DNA of 64,000 nt from an uncultured Gemmatimonadales bacterium (GCA_963701965.1 OY969695.1:896001-960000); one strand, 5' to 3'. Positions 31,986 through 43,271 are shown, counted from the stretch's first letter. Numbers and translations are program-made. Notes: a model not told the origin generated them from the letters alone.

Positions 31986-32473
31986 GAACAGCTCCAAAGG
32001 GCAGGATGCGCCACGTCCGGTTTGGCGTAGCCGGTTCGGGGCAGCACTTCGACTCCCGCCAGGTACAGGCCTTCCACCACGAGCAAGAGCGCCAAGACGT
32101 GCGCGCGCGGAGTCCGATGGCGCCACGTCCAGATCGCGCTCCACACACCGGCGGAGAACAGGGTCGTGACGCCTACCAAGTATATCGCGAGGCCCGCGCC
32201 GCAGCGCGCGGCGTAGGGCCAGAACACCATCCCCACCCCCAACGCCAGGGCTAGAAGCAGCCGCGCCCATGCGGCCATGGGCCGATGCTTGTGCGGCGCG
32301 GCCGGCGCCGCGGGCGTGCCGGCCTTGAGCGCGCGCTGCTGAACCGTTGGTTGGAGGCTCGGGCTCTCGGCGGCCATCGCCGCCAGCTTCTCGGGGGACG
32401 TCGCGGCGAGCTGCCGGTCGATCTTGGCCATCTCCGCGTCCCAGTCGCGATCGCCGCTGCCGGATTTGGGCAT
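31982..32473 (-). CDS. Hypothetical membrane protein
   Basis: Coupled to both neighbours; RDWDAEMAKID N-terminus then three TM helices. Confidence 0.7.
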   Translation of the reverse strand: MPKSGSGDRDWDAEMAKIDRQLAATSPEKLAAMAAESPSLQPTVQQRALKAGTPAAPAAPHKHRPMAAWARLLLALALGVGMVFWPYAARCGAGLAIYLVGVTTLFSAGVWSAIWTWRHRTPRAHVLALLLVVEGLYLAGVEVLPRTGYAKPDVAHPALWSCS

Positions 32474-33840
32474 CAACCCTCCCTGGTCAATGCGTAGCGT
32501 TCGATTTTCTTGTACAGGTTCGATCGGGGCATATCGAGGGCCCGCGCCGTTTCCGACACGTTCCAGTCGAATGCCCGGAGCTTGGCCAGCAGAAAGGCCC
32601 GCTCGGCCTCCTGTTTGAATTCCTCGAAGGTCGTGCATGACGCCAATGACCCGATCCCGGTCCCGTCTTCGACGGTACGACGGCCGACCAAGCGGTCGAC
32701 GTCGCTGGCCGCGATGCGCGGGCCGGCCCCGAGAATGAGCAGGCGCTCAATGGTGTTGCGGAGCTCACGGACGTTGCCCGGCCATTCCAGGGCTTGCAAC
32801 GCCTCCACGGCGTCGGGAGCGATCGTCCGCGGGGTTACGCCGTCGCTCTCGGCGATCAACGCCATGAAATGCTGGATCAGCAGGGCGATGTCCTCGCGGC
32901 GGTCGCGCAGCGCCGGCACGGCGATCGGGACCACGTTGAGCCGGTAGTACAGGTCCTCCCGGAACCGGCCGGCAGCGATCTCGTCGGACAGCGTCTTGTT
33001 GGTGGCCGCAATGACGCGGACGTCGACCGCAATGGTCCGCGATCCCCCGATGCGGGTCACGACCCCATCCTGGAGCACGCGCAGGACCTTGGCCTGCGCG
33101 GCCAGGCTCATGTCCCCGATCTCGTCGAGAAACAGGGTCCCGCGGTGGGCCTGCTCGAATTTGCCGGCCCGGTCCGCGACGGCCCCGGTAAAGGACCCGC
33201 GGACGTGCCCGAACAGCTCGCTCTCGATCAACTCGGTCGGGATGGCGGCGCAGTTGACCTCGATGAAGGGCTTGTCGTGGCGCGGAGACTGCCGGTGAAT
33301 GGCGCGCGCGACCAACTCCTTGCCGGTGCCATTCTCGCCGGTGATCAAGACCCGGGCCGGGGTGCCGGCGACTTTCTCGATCTTTTCGATGAGCGATCGG
33401 ATCGCGTACGATTTCCCGACGATCTCGAAGCGCGATTCGATGGTCTGCTTGAGGCGGCTGTTCTCCTCGTTGAGCTCCAGATGCTGGAGCGAGTTGCGCA
33501 ACGTGACGAGGATCCGGTCGGTGTCGAGCGGCTTCTCCAGAATGTCGTAGGCGCCGAGCTGGGTGGCCTGCACCGCGGTCTGGATCGTGGCGTGGCCGCT
33601 GATCATGACGACAATGGCGTGCCGGTCCAACTCCCGGATGCGCTTGAGCGCCTCGAGGCCGTCCATCCCCGCCATCTTGACGTCGAGAAAGACGAGATGG
33701 GGACGCCACTTCTCGTACTCGCCGAGGCCCGCCGCCGCATTGGCGGTGGAGCGGACTTCGTAGCCTTCGTATTCGAGGAGCTGCCCGAGCGCCGCCCGGA
33801 TGCCTTCCTCGTCGTCGATTACCAGGACTCGCCGGCTCAC
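32473..33840 (-). CDS. Sigma54-dependent response regulator (NtrX/NtrC-like)
   Basis: REC domain; [31 protein letters not shown]; Fis-type HTH. Confidence 0.95.
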   Translation of the reverse strand: MSRRVLVIDDEEGIRAALGQLLEYEGYEVRSTANAAAGLGEYEKWRPHLVFLDVKMAGMDGLEALKRIRELDRHAIVVMISGHATIQTAVQATQLGAYDILEKPLDTDRILVTLRNSLQHLELNEENSRLKQTIESRFEIVGKSYAIRSLIEKIEKVAGTPARVLITGENGTGKELVARAIHRQSPRHDKPFIEVNCAAIPTELIESELFGHVRGSFTGAVADRAGKFEQAHRGTLFLDEIGDMSLAAQAKVLRVLQDGVVTRIGGSRTIAVDVRVIAATNKTLSDEIAAGRFREDLYYRLNVVPIAVPALRDRREDIALLIQHFMALIAESDGVTPRTIAPDAVEALQALEWPGNVRELRNTIERLLILGAGPRIAASDVDRLVGRRTVEDGTGIGSLASCTTFEEFKQEAERAFLLAKLRAFDWNVSETARALDMPRSNLYKKIERYALTREG

Positions 33841-34481
33841 GGAACGTTCTTGTACAGGGTGATATGGCCGCGCGCGACCCGAATGTCGGCGACGGTCTGT
33901 GGAATATCGACGGTGGTGCGCCCGCCCATGGCGCCCAAGAGGCGCGGAATCAGCACCGGGGGCAAAGCGAACGACTGGATCTTGACCTCCGTCACGTGGA
34001 ATACCGCTTCGCCGGGGCGCGGCACGTCGACCGTGCCGACCAACTCGACGGGTCGGGGCGCGTCGAGGAAGCGAGCCAATGGACCGAGGGTCTCTGCGTC
34101 CGCGACCTGGCGCAAGTCGACGGGTCCCCGCACGTGGAGCCGGTCATCGATGACCGCGGCTTGGACGCTGTCGGCGCTCCCGGGAATGTGGCCGCCATCG
34201 CCGGCGATGAGATAGGACGCGAACTCGGCGCCGTCGACTGTCTCATACACCGGTCCCCTGGGCACGGACAATCTCTCGACGGCGTGGCGCGCGGCGGCGG
34301 CGCGGCGGTCGCTCACGGGCTGCCATGGGCTGTTGACGCCCGAGGCGCCGCTCACGTCGCCATGAACGACATGTCGTCCCGACGGCCGCAGGGCGTCGAT
34401 CCACATCGCGCGCGTCATCCATCCGGCCACCACGCCGATGACGAGGATGGTCAGGCACCCGATGGTTCTCAAGCATCCCAT
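33837..34481 (-). CDS. Hypothetical protein with N-terminal TM anchor
   Basis: MGCLRTIGCL plus TM; in operon. Confidence 0.65.
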   Translation of the reverse strand: MGCLRTIGCLTILVIGVVAGWMTRAMWIDALRPSGRHVVHGDVSGASGVNSPWQPVSDRRAAAARHAVERLSVPRGPVYETVDGAEFASYLIAGDGGHIPGSADSVQAAVIDDRLHVRGPVDLRQVADAETLGPLARFLDAPRPVELVGTVDVPRPGEAVFHVTEVKIQSFALPPVLIPRLLGAMGGRTTVDIPQTVADIRVARGHITLYKNVP

Positions 34482-34484
34482 GAC

Positions 34485-35033
34485 TTACCGCTCCCGGGCG
34501 TCGAGCGGCGACGCGTGCAGCAGGCGATAGGCGCCGCCCCGAGATTGCATGAGGTCGATCGACCGCACGGGGGACTCGTCGCGGAGCCGCATCCGGCGCG
34601 CGGCCTCCCGCAGTTGGGTCGCATTGCGTAGCTCGATGACGCGACCGAGTGTCACGTGCGGGCGGAAGGGGCGGCCATCGAGTCCGAAACCGAGTGCTTC
34701 ACAGGCGACCTCAATGTCATGGTGTAGCAATTCCAACTTGGGATCGGGGGCCACCCTCACCCATACGATGCGCGGCCGCCGAAAGTTCGGGAACGCGCCC
34801 AGGGACCCCAAAGCCAGGTCCATGACCCGGGTGGCCCCGGCGACGCGATCCAGCGCCGCGGCCACGGGCGAAACGACGGACTCCTCCTGCTCCCCGAGAA
34901 ACTTGAGGGTCAGATGCAGTTTCGGCTCGGTGACCCAGTGCACGTCGGGTCGCGCCGCCCGCAGTGGAGCCGTCGCCTCGTAGCAGCGGCGGCGCACGGC
35001 GGGATCGAGATTAAGCCCCAGGAAGAGCCGCAC
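34485..35033 (-). CDS. thpR: RNA 2',3'-cyclic phosphodiesterase
   Basis: RLFLGL, HLTLKFLG, FRPHVTLGR (two HxT motifs). Confidence 0.93.
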   Translation of the reverse strand: MRLFLGLNLDPAVRRRCYEATAPLRAARPDVHWVTEPKLHLTLKFLGEQEESVVSPVAAALDRVAGATRVMDLALGSLGAFPNFRRPRIVWVRVAPDPKLELLHHDIEVACEALGFGLDGRPFRPHVTLGRVIELRNATQLREAARRMRLRDESPVRSIDLMQSRGGAYRLLHASPLDARER

Positions 35034-35819
35034 CCGCCCCGCTCGACCGGTATTCGGCGAGATCGACGGTGAGATATCCGGCGCCTTGGACGGCGGCCGA
35101 CAGCGCGGCCTGGCGTGCCGGCGCTCTCCAGTCATCGAGTTGCCCGGCGTCGATCTCCACGCGCGCCAAGTCGCCGTGGTGCCGCACGCGCAGGTTGCCC
35201 GTGATGCCGAGGAGGCGCAAGGCGCGTTCGGCCTGCTCGACGGTCCGGAGACGCTGGGGCGTCACCGGAGTGCCGTGCGGAATACGGGACGCGAGACACG
35301 GCGACGATGGCTCCGACCAGGTGGGGATGCCGCGCGCGCGCGACCGCTCGCGGATCTCGGCCTTGGTCAAGCCGGCGTCGGCGAGCGGCGATGCGACGCC
35401 GTGCTCGCGCCCGGCGGCGCCGCCGGGGCGGTGATCCCGGAGGTCATCGGCATTGGTACCGTCGACGACGACGGCCAGTCCCCGCGCGCGGGCGATCGGC
35501 GCCAAACGGCCCCAGAGCTCGGTCTTGCAGTAGTAGCACCGGTTGGTGGGGTTGGCGGCGTACCGGGGATCGTCCATTCTCGTCGGTGTCGACTTCTTCG
35601 ACGGGAACGCCAAAACGGGTAGCGACGGCCCGGGCCATTCTCGGCTTGCGCGACCGGGAAGGACGCGCTCTTGCCGATCACGGCCAGCACGCGCGCGGGG
35701 CCGAGGGTTTCCGTGGCCACGCACGCGAGATACGCGGAATCGACGCCGCCGCTGTACCCCACGAGCACGGACCCGGCGCGGCGGAGCCAGTCGATGAGCG
35801 CCCGTTCTTTCTCGAGCAT
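35011..35819 (-). CDS. larE: ATP-dependent sacrificial sulfur transferase LarE-like (two apparent +1 indels)
   Basis: YSGGVDSAYL, NRCYYCK, DGTNADD...RPG, PCLASRIP.G. Confidence 0.88.
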
Positions 35820-35873
35820 CAGTCGAAATAACGGCGCCGGGCGGAGGGGACGCCAGCCCGCGTCAGAACCCTG

Positions 35874-36236
35874 CTAAATCCGTTCGTAGCTGGGGACGGC
35901 GCGGGGGTCGGCGACGCCGCCGGCATGCAGGATGCCCGCGGGCTCGACGAGCACGAGATGCACCTCGTGCTCGGCCACCGGACGATGCTCGACGCCTTTG
36001 GGAATCACGACGAGCTCCCCGGGGCCCAAGGTGACGACGCCGTCGCGGAGCTCGATCCGAAGGCGGCCCTTGAGGACGAGAAACAGCTCGTCCTCGTGGG
36101 CGTGGGAGTGCCACACGAACTCACCCTGGATCTTGGCGACCTTCACGTGATCGCCATTCAGCTCGGCCACGATCTTCGGGCTCCACTGGTCGGTGAACTG
36201 GGCGAGCTTCTTCTCGAGACTCACGACGTCGAGCAT
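35874..36236 (-). CDS. Cupin domain protein
   Basis: WSPKIVAELNG, GEFVWHSHAHEDELF, IPKGVEHRP. Confidence 0.9.
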   Translation of the reverse strand: MLDVVSLEKKLAQFTDQWSPKIVAELNGDHVKVAKIQGEFVWHSHAHEDELFLVLKGRLRIELRDGVVTLGPGELVVIPKGVEHRPVAEHEVHLVLVEPAGILHAGGVADPRAVPSYERI

Positions 36237-36253
36237 CCGCGGATCTCCTACCG

Positions 36254-37252
36254 CTAGGTAAAGTCGCCGACCAACGCGTCGAAGCCGTGGCGCAAGTGCG
36301 CGAGGATCGGTGATTGGCGCGGGTGGCCCCAGTACGGGGTCTTGTTCACATTGACCACCACGACGGCGCCGTCGGCGTCGGTGACGCAATCGGCTCCCAG
36401 AAAATCTATGTGGAGGGCGAGGGCCATGCGGCGGGTGGCGGTCAGCGCGTGCTCCGCCCGCGCCGTGGTCGGGCCCAGGGGGGTCTGGTCCCAGTAGTAG
36501 AAATTGTGGCGGCGGCGCATCCGGGTCGAAAGCTTCTTGATGTCGCCATCGACCCAGACGACGCTGACGACGGCGGCGGGACCGACGACGTACACCCGCA
36601 GAAAGATCCCCTCGGGATTCTCGATGAAACGCTCGACCACGAGCGCGGGGTCGGTCCACGTGGCCTCGGGGACGTGGTCGCGCCGCAGCACGGCGTACTC
36701 GGTGGGCTCCACCAACAAGCCCTCGATAAACGACGTGGCGCGGTCGCCCCAGCGCTCGCGCAGGATCCGCTCCGGAGCGCCGCCGTGGTTGAGCGTGGAC
36801 TTCACGATCAAGCGCTCGTGGTCCGGGCCGTTGCCGGCGGCGCGCGCCGAGGGCACGCCAAACGCCTGCGCGCAAGCGTGGAGCGTGGACTTCCGAATGT
36901 CCACGGCCTCGAGATTGAACACCCGCTGCCCCCGCTCGGCCAACGCCGCCGCGAACTCGGTTTCGGTGGCGATGAAGCCCCGGGTCAGGCTGGCGTTCAG
37001 GTTCACGAGGACGCCCCGGACGCTGTCAGGGATCGCGTCGACCAAACGCGTGGCGGCGTCGCCCGGGGCCACGCTGACGCGGATCGCGTTCGGGTACAGC
37101 ACCTCCAGCATGAAGCCGTGCCAGCCATTGTACTCGCAGATCGCCACGCGTTCGGCGGGCGATGCCTGCAGGACCGGCTCCGGGGCGCGACCGAGCCAAC
37201 GGCGCAGGACAGACCTGGGCGTGGTGGGCATCCACATGGAAGACCCCGCCAT
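36254..37252 (-). CDS. Hypothetical protein, ATP-grasp-like
   Basis: LIVKSTLNHGG, VVERFI, LRVYVVG, DFLGADCV...VVNVNKTP resemble RimK/ATP-grasp motifs. Confidence 0.55.
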   Translation of the reverse strand: MAGSSMWMPTTPRSVLRRWLGRAPEPVLQASPAERVAICEYNGWHGFMLEVLYPNAIRVSVAPGDAATRLVDAIPDSVRGVLVNLNASLTRGFIATETEFAAALAERGQRVFNLEAVDIRKSTLHACAQAFGVPSARAAGNGPDHERLIVKSTLNHGGAPERILRERWGDRATSFIEGLLVEPTEYAVLRRDHVPEATWTDPALVVERFIENPEGIFLRVYVVGPAAVVSVVWVDGDIKKLSTRMRRRHNFYYWDQTPLGPTTARAEHALTATRRMALALHIDFLGADCVTDADGAVVVVNVNKTPYWGHPRQSPILAHLRHGFDALVGDFT

Positions 37253-37257
37253 GCGCG

Positions 37258-38622
37258 CTACCGGCCGGTCTCCTGAGGAAAAACTGACGTAGTAGGGTCT
37301 TGGTCCGGCCCCAACCCTCGATACGCCAAGGCTTCAGCGACCGCTGCCCGCGTCATCGACGCCGTCTCGTTGAGATCCGCTACCGTGCGTGCGACCCGCA
37401 GGATGCGGTGATAGCCTCGTGCCGACAGGTGCAGGCGGGTCGCCGCGGTGTCCAGGAGGGTTCGCGCGTCGGCATCGATTGGCGTGTGGGCATCGATCGA
37501 CCGGCCGTTCGCTTGCGCATTGCACTCTGAGCCCTTGTAGCGCCGGCGCTGGACCGCGCGTGCCGCCTCTACACGGGCGCGAATGGTCGCGGAGTCCTCA
37601 ATGGCGCCGGAACCGGACAGGGTTTTGATTGGAACCGGGCCGGCAAAGATCTGCATGTCGATGCGATCGGCGAGGGGACCGGACAGTCGGGCGCGATAGC
37701 GGCTGACGTCACGCGCCGGGCAGTGACACGGAGTCGTCGGATCTCCGGCATGGCCGCACGGGCACGGATTGGCGGCACCCACCAGGGTGAAGCGCGCCGG
37801 ATAGGTCACGCTGCGCTGCGCGCGCGTGATGACAATGCGGCCGTCTTCCATGGGCTGTCGCAGCGCCTCCAGCGCCGCGCGCGAGAATTCCAAGAGCTCA
37901 TCCAGAAAGAGCACCCCCAAGTGCGCGAGGCTCGCCTCGCCGGGAGTCGGCGATTTCCCCCCTCCCACGAGACCGGCGTATGAGATGGTATGATGCGGGG
38001 CGCGGAACGGGCGCGGCGGAGGAATCGGACCATCGCCAGACAGGATGCCGGCAACCGACTGCACGGCGATGACTTCGAGCGCCTCCTCCTCGGAGAGGGA
38101 CGGCAAGATCGTGGGAATCCTCCGGGCAAGCATGGTCTTCCCCGTTCCCGGTGGACCCAGGAGGAGCGCGTTGTGTCCGCCGGCAGCGGCGACTTCGATC
38201 GCGCGCTTGGCGGATTCCTGACCGACGACATTGCTGAAGTCGACGCCCCCCTCGCGTCGCGTGGGTACGCGGCGAGAGGGTATGTCTGCGCCGCGGAGTG
38301 ATCCGGAGGAGAGGGCATGCACGAGCTCACGCAGGGTGCTTTGCGTGAGCAACCGGTCGTGCCGCGCCAATGGCGCCACGAGCGCCGCCTCGCTGACGTT
38401 GGCCGGCGGCACGAGAAGACGAGTGCGGGAGTCCAGGGAGGACACAGACCGGGCGATGGGCAGCGATCCACGCACGGCGCGGATCGCGCCATCGAGGCCG
38501 AGCTCGCCGACGAAGACGATCCCGGCGAGGCGCCGCGCGTCGATCTGGTTCGTCGCCGCGAGGACGCCGAGGGCAATCGGGAGATCGAACGCGGTGCCGC
38601 GTTTCACGACGTCGGCCGGGGC
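37258..38622 (-). pseudogene. comM: comM/yifB Mg-chelatase-like AAA+ ATPase, 5'-truncated by island insertion
   Basis: APADVVKRGTAFDLPIA, GPPGTGKTM, PFRAPHHT, LFLDE, NPCPCG intact; homology stops just before APAD, where ITVNL is expected. Confidence 0.9.
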
Positions 38623-39042
38623 AAACGGGACAACAGCAAAAACGGAACGCACTGGTCCACATCCGAATCCCACTTCCAAGACGACTCGCAGCCCCAGGAC
38701 AGAGCAAGTCTCGGTCGAGCTACTACCGGCGGCTAAGGAAGGAGAGGGCCCAGGCCGCTCAATCGATCTCAACAGACGCGAAATCAGAGCGCCGTGTTCA
38801 ACGGGACTCGACCGTGCGCGCCATGAGGGCTCGCGCGCTATCAGGGCGTCGCGAACTATCCTGATCCAGACAGGGGTAGGGGAGGTACCACAAATCCGGC
38901 TCTGTTGCCTTGCCGCGAGATAGTGCGCCTCGGCCGCCTGGGCCTTGTGTGACTGTTGCCGGGCATTGCCGGCTATATCCGGGCACGTGAGCTTTCACAC
39001 CTAGAACCGAAGTCCGCAGTTTGACGCGCACCGGCCTACGTA

Positions 39043-40365
39043 CTAGCGGGCTGTTGCCTCCATGTCCCCAACCGGGATGACTGTATAGAGCGTCTCGATC
39101 GGCCAGCTGGCAGCCGGGCTGTCCAGTACGAGCGATCCGCTCCAGCCTTCAAACACCAAGTCGACCCGGTCATTCTCGGCGAGCACCGCTGGCCGGTGGC
39201 CCGCGAGATCAGGAAACAGGCGCACGGCGCTGGGATCGCCATCCGCCGGGAACCGCACGTCGGTCAGTCTCAATCCTTCGTTGAGTAGCTGACCCGCGAT
39301 GACATGGATGGTGTTGCACCGGTCGACGACAGCTGGCGAGTCGAACAGAAGACCTTGCAACGCCCAAGTCCGGCCGTCAGTCCAGTGTGAACCGTCCCCC
39401 GACATCGCCTGGAAAAGCTTGCCGATCGAGGGGACGGCGACACTCCCATCCCAAATCAAGCGCAACATGCCCGTGGAATCGACAAGGAGACGAGGGCGGT
39501 TTGCCAAGCCCTGGTCCTCCACGCGTGACACCTCAATCGGACCACTCCATGTCCTCCCCGCGTCAACCGAGCGAAGCACGAACACCGTGTTGGAGGGTCG
39601 ACCGTAGTTCCTTCCGGGGTTCGCGGCGATGAACGAAATGACTGCGAGTCCAGTATCCCGGATGGCGAGATCGGCGTCGCCTGGCACCAGCGCGATCGGC
39701 AGTTCATGCACCAGCCATTTGTCACCGCGTTGGCGAATAAAGGCTATGCTCGCGGTGTCACGCAACGATTGGCTCGCGATGGCCAGCGCCAGATCTCCGG
39801 ATGGGTCGTGGACGAGGCCAGAGGCGTCAGAGGGCCCCCAGTCAATCTTCCGCGCGCGGTAGATTATCATGGGTTCACCCCATCGACCATCGCGATACGA
39901 GACATCCCACAGTGTGGTGAATCGCGTGAATTCGAGGTGATTGGGGTCGACACCCTTGTGATCGGACGAATCCGGATCCGCCCAAACGACGTGAAGCGTG
40001 CCGTACCGGTCGGTTGCCGCCAGCGGATAGGCGAACAGGAAATTCCCCCGCAGGCGGGCCGGCTCAAACTGATTCCGATCGAGCCGATACACGCGCAAGG
40101 CAAGCGACGACCGCGCGATCGTCGTCGTATCGCGCGGTCGATTTAAATACCCTTCGACTCCTACGACGAGTACGCCCGTAGGCCCGCTTACCAGCCGCGG
40201 AAATTGGAGCCGCGACGGCAGGGGGCCCAACCTGCGCGGCGTTGTCGCCCTGCCTCCGGCGCACCTGGTGCTTTGCGCCTCTGCCGCACCAACAACCGCC
40301 GTCGCATGCGCCATCAGGCAGCACGCTAGCAGTGCACGTCGAACGATGGTCACGAAGCGACCCAT
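39043..40365 (-). CDS. Exported protein with BNR/Asp-box-like motifs
   Basis: Signal peptide; RSVDAGRTWS and MSGDGSHWT; LHVVW. Confidence 0.6.
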   Translation of the reverse strand: MGRFVTIVRRALLACCLMAHATAVVGAAEAQSTRCAGGRATTPRRLGPLPSRLQFPRLVSGPTGVLVVGVEGYLNRPRDTTTIARSSLALRVYRLDRNQFEPARLRGNFLFAYPLAATDRYGTLHVVWADPDSSDHKGVDPNHLEFTRFTTLWDVSYRDGRWGEPMIIYRARKIDWGPSDASGLVHDPSGDLALAIASQSLRDTASIAFIRQRGDKWLVHELPIALVPGDADLAIRDTGLAVISFIAANPGRNYGRPSNTVFVLRSVDAGRTWSGPIEVSRVEDQGLANRPRLLVDSTGMLRLIWDGSVAVPSIGKLFQAMSGDGSHWTDGRTWALQGLLFDSPAVVDRCNTIHVIAGQLLNEGLRLTDVRFPADGDPSAVRLFPDLAGHRPAVLAENDRVDLVFEGWSGSLVLDSPAASWPIETLYTVIPVGDMEATAR

Positions 40366-40408
40366 CGCCTAGCTGTTTGTCGTCGCGCGAGCCGGTCCGC
40401 TACCACGA

Positions 40409-41158
40409 TTAGAGACTACCGGTCGTTTGTGTCTGGCCGAGGAAGACAAGTGGGCCACTGAAAGGTTGGACATAGTGCTTATTGATCACCTTTTCCGTTT
40501 GAGCCCCCACCGCAATGACGGAGTCCCGGCCATTCGCAGCTGGCGGCAAAGCTGTATAGTTGAACTCGACCTTGAGCTGCGAACCGAAGTAGCCATCCCC
40601 TGTTCCACTGAGCGTCCAGACGTTGGTTGTGTTACAGTTGCTGAAACACAGAGTCTGGCCGACGAACGCGATGTAACGGAAGTTCGGCGACGACCCCGAG
40701 AGGTTCCAAATCTGACTGACCCCCGCGAGTTCGACTGAGGCTCCGTTGATATTCGTAAAGAAGAAGCTGGTCGACGAGTCTGCGGCCTCGGCATGCAGGC
40801 GTGTGCCGCCAAACAGCGAAGGCGATCGCATCGTCTGTGGTTGTGTTGTCTGTGACTGCGCTCCCTGCAGAACAGCGATTAGATCTTCGATGGTTGCGTG
40901 TGAATTGGCCCCGATGCCGATGGCCACGCGACTACGTAACGTCGGGTTCGCAGCTACGGCGCGCAGCATGGCGATTTCGTCGACCAGCGCGGTAGAACGC
41001 CTCTCCACAGTCGCCGCTCTGTCGCTCAGGGCCGCAACTGACATCCTGTTCTCGTCGGCGGGTGCCGTTGCCGACTGCTCGGCGCAACCCAATAACATCG
41101 CAACGCCAATCGAAGTGAGGTAGGCGAGTGTGTGACGGCTTCGCAGGTCCCATGTCAT
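40409..41158 (-). CDS. Hypothetical lipoprotein
   Basis: SD GGAGG; lipobox LLGC followed by AEQSATAP. Confidence 0.65.
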   Translation of the reverse strand: MTWDLRSRHTLAYLTSIGVAMLLGCAEQSATAPADENRMSVAALSDRAATVERRSTALVDEIAMLRAVAANPTLRSRVAIGIGANSHATIEDLIAVLQGAQSQTTQPQTMRSPSLFGGTRLHAEAADSSTSFFFTNINGASVELAGVSQIWNLSGSSPNFRYIAFVGQTLCFSNCNTTNVWTLSGTGDGYFGSQLKVEFNYTALPPAANGRDSVIAVGAQTEKVINKHYVQPFSGPLVFLGQTQTTGSL

Positions 41159-41377
41159 GTTCCTTCCTCCGCTGTAGGATGGGAATCAGCCACGCTGCTG
41201 GCGTCGTGCTCAAACCAGCGCACGCGACGCAGGGTCGTCTGGTGCCCGCGACCGGTGGCGGTCGGCGCGCCCATCCTACAATGACCGGCGAACCCTCCCG
41301 ATACCCCATGCGATAGCAAAACAACGGAGGTCATACGGAACCGTATTTCAATCGAGACGACGTCGACACCGGGGAAT

Positions 41378-41425
41378 CGGCAAGAGATTGCAATTCTGCA
41401 AGGTCACCTAGGTCGGATGACCTAC
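41378..41425. repeat. Duplicated composite operator-like cassette, copy 1
   Basis: CGGCAAGAGATTGCAATTCTGCAAGGTC followed by TAGGTC-GGAT-GACCTA. Confidence 0.7.
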
Positions 41426-41843
41426 TGGCTGCGACGGTCGAAAGTGCCTTCGGTTGAGTGCCTATAGTCGCGGTGGTGGGCCAGTCGGCCGATAACGTCA
41501 CCCTCGAGTACTTAGCGAGGGTCGACGGCACGATCAGCGAAGTACGCCTGCGAACCTCCGGGTGGTAGGCCATTCGGCCTACACGCCCAGGACGCGGTAG
41601 GGGCACACTGTCAATCCTCGTCAGTCTCTGACCAACATGGGGCGACAGAAGCCTCAGAGCTGTCGCGATGGGAGGTGGTCTTGAGCGCGCTATTCGGACA
41701 CCGAAGGCGCCCCACGGCGAGAGAGCGAGGGAGGGTCGCTTACCCCGGATCGGGGGCGACAGATCGGGAACGTTAATGTGCCGCGCGATGGAGGGACAGG
41801 TTCGTGCTCCGAAAGCGTCCGGCACGAGGATCGAGTGTCCATC

Positions 41844-41896
41844 CGGCAAGAGATTGCGATTCGGCAATGTCGCCCAGACTAGGTCAGATGACCTAC
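41844..41896. repeat. Duplicated composite operator-like cassette, copy 2
   Basis: CGGCAAGAGATTGCGATTCGGCAATGTC followed by TAGGTC-AGAT-GACCTA. Confidence 0.7.
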
Positions 41897-42437
41897 GCGG
41901 AGTCCGAAGTACGAGAGACTCGCGGGTTCCGGAGCAGCTAGGGGCGCGGGTGCGCTGAGTGCGGTGTGGTTCTATCGGCGCCGCATCTCCATACCCGCCA
42001 GGCTCGCGGCGCCGGGCGAGAGTACGTCGCGATCGAGCCATTTCTGGCGTCTCCGCCGGGAGAGGGAGGCCGCCCTTCGAACCCCGGACGAGCGCGCGTG
42101 CATCCGCGGCCACCCGTAAGCAATGCAACAGACCGTGGCCGGAAGCGCGGTCCTAAGCGACCCTCCCCTGCCCTGCCTCGCCTCGCTTCTCGTCGTCGGC
42201 TTGCGACCAGAATGCCAGGGCGCGGACTGTGCCGGCCACACCGTTATTGTTCGGAATATGGGCCTGATCGTCGCGCCGCCGAGGCCAAGGTGGACGTCCT
42301 ATCCTGACGCTGGGCTGCATTCCATTATCGCGGCGCTTGGTGCCGAGGGATGCCATATAGAGCGAACGTGTGTCAACACCGGCCGAAGTTGCACATTTTC
42401 GCCGGTTGAAATTGCACACTCGTCGTGGGGACGAGCC

Positions 42438-42935
42438 CTAGGGCGTCGCGGCCTCCCGAGCGCGGCCGCGTGGTTTGGCCGCGGCGCGCGCCTCGCGGGT
42501 GGAGGCGCGGAGCGTCGCTGAGAGGTCAGCGTGCTGGCGCATGCGGTAACTGTTGCCGCGGATGTTGACAATGTGGCAATGGTGCACCAGTCGATCGATC
42601 AGGGCACTGGCCATGACGTCGTCGCCGAACACCTCGCCCCACTCGTCGAAGCCTTTGTTGCTTGTGAGGACGGTCGCGGCGTGCTCGTAGCGGCGACTCA
42701 TGAGCTGGAAGAAGAGCATCGCCCCGGTCCGCGTGATCGGCAGATACCCGATCTCGTCGACGACCAACACGCTGGGGAAGACGAGCGTCTTCATCCGCTG
42801 CGCGAGGCGACCGGCCTGTTGCGCCTCCTCCAGCGAGGCGATCAAGTCGGCCAGGGTGCCGTAGTAGACGCGCCGCCCGCCCTGGGCCGCGGCGATGGCG
42901 AGACTGATCGCCAGGTGGCTCTTGCCGACACCGGG
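42438..42935 (-). pseudogene. istB: IstB ATPase, 3' fragment
   Basis: PGVGKSHLAISL, LVVDEIGYLP, LTSNK, DRLVHH...GNSYR. Confidence 0.92.
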
Positions 42936-43271
42936 CGGTACAACGACATGGTGCCCATCGCGGCGTAGTCCGCGTGCAGTATCCCTGGCACCCGCTCCAC
43001 GGGCAGGACCTGGTCGTGTGGAAGGCGCACACGTCCGGCGGCGGGCGCAGTTACGTGGTCGCGCTGGCGGAATGGAACGATGACCCTGCTGCCGCAGTGG
43101 ATGACGGAGCCTGCCGCGGCGACCGGTGCGGTGGTGGTCGCACGGCCGCACGTGTCGGTCGCAGCGCTCGAGCAACTGCGACGCCTGGTTGACGCGGTGC
43201 GACAGCCGGTGGACTGTCTTCCCCATCCGCCATCGTCACCGTCACCACCGCCCGGGAGCCTCAATGTCTGA
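42936..43271 (+). CDS. DUF5372/Y4bD-like small protein; start codon located at the other element end; +1 indel at about 43071
   Basis: VRVQYPWHPLHGQ...DGTMTLLPQWMTEP...VSVAALEQLRRLV; family recognised from memory. Confidence 0.65.

Noticed and set aside
2908..33709. Long antisense or alternate-frame ORFs (e.g. 2908-4848, 4854-7349, 7398-9491, 26652-28274)
   Set aside because: Arg/Gly/Pro-rich shadows of well-supported genes in high-GC DNA.
38623..38772. Full-length 504-aa comM as given by the ORF track
   Set aside because: The first 50 or so residues have no ComM similarity and derive from island DNA.
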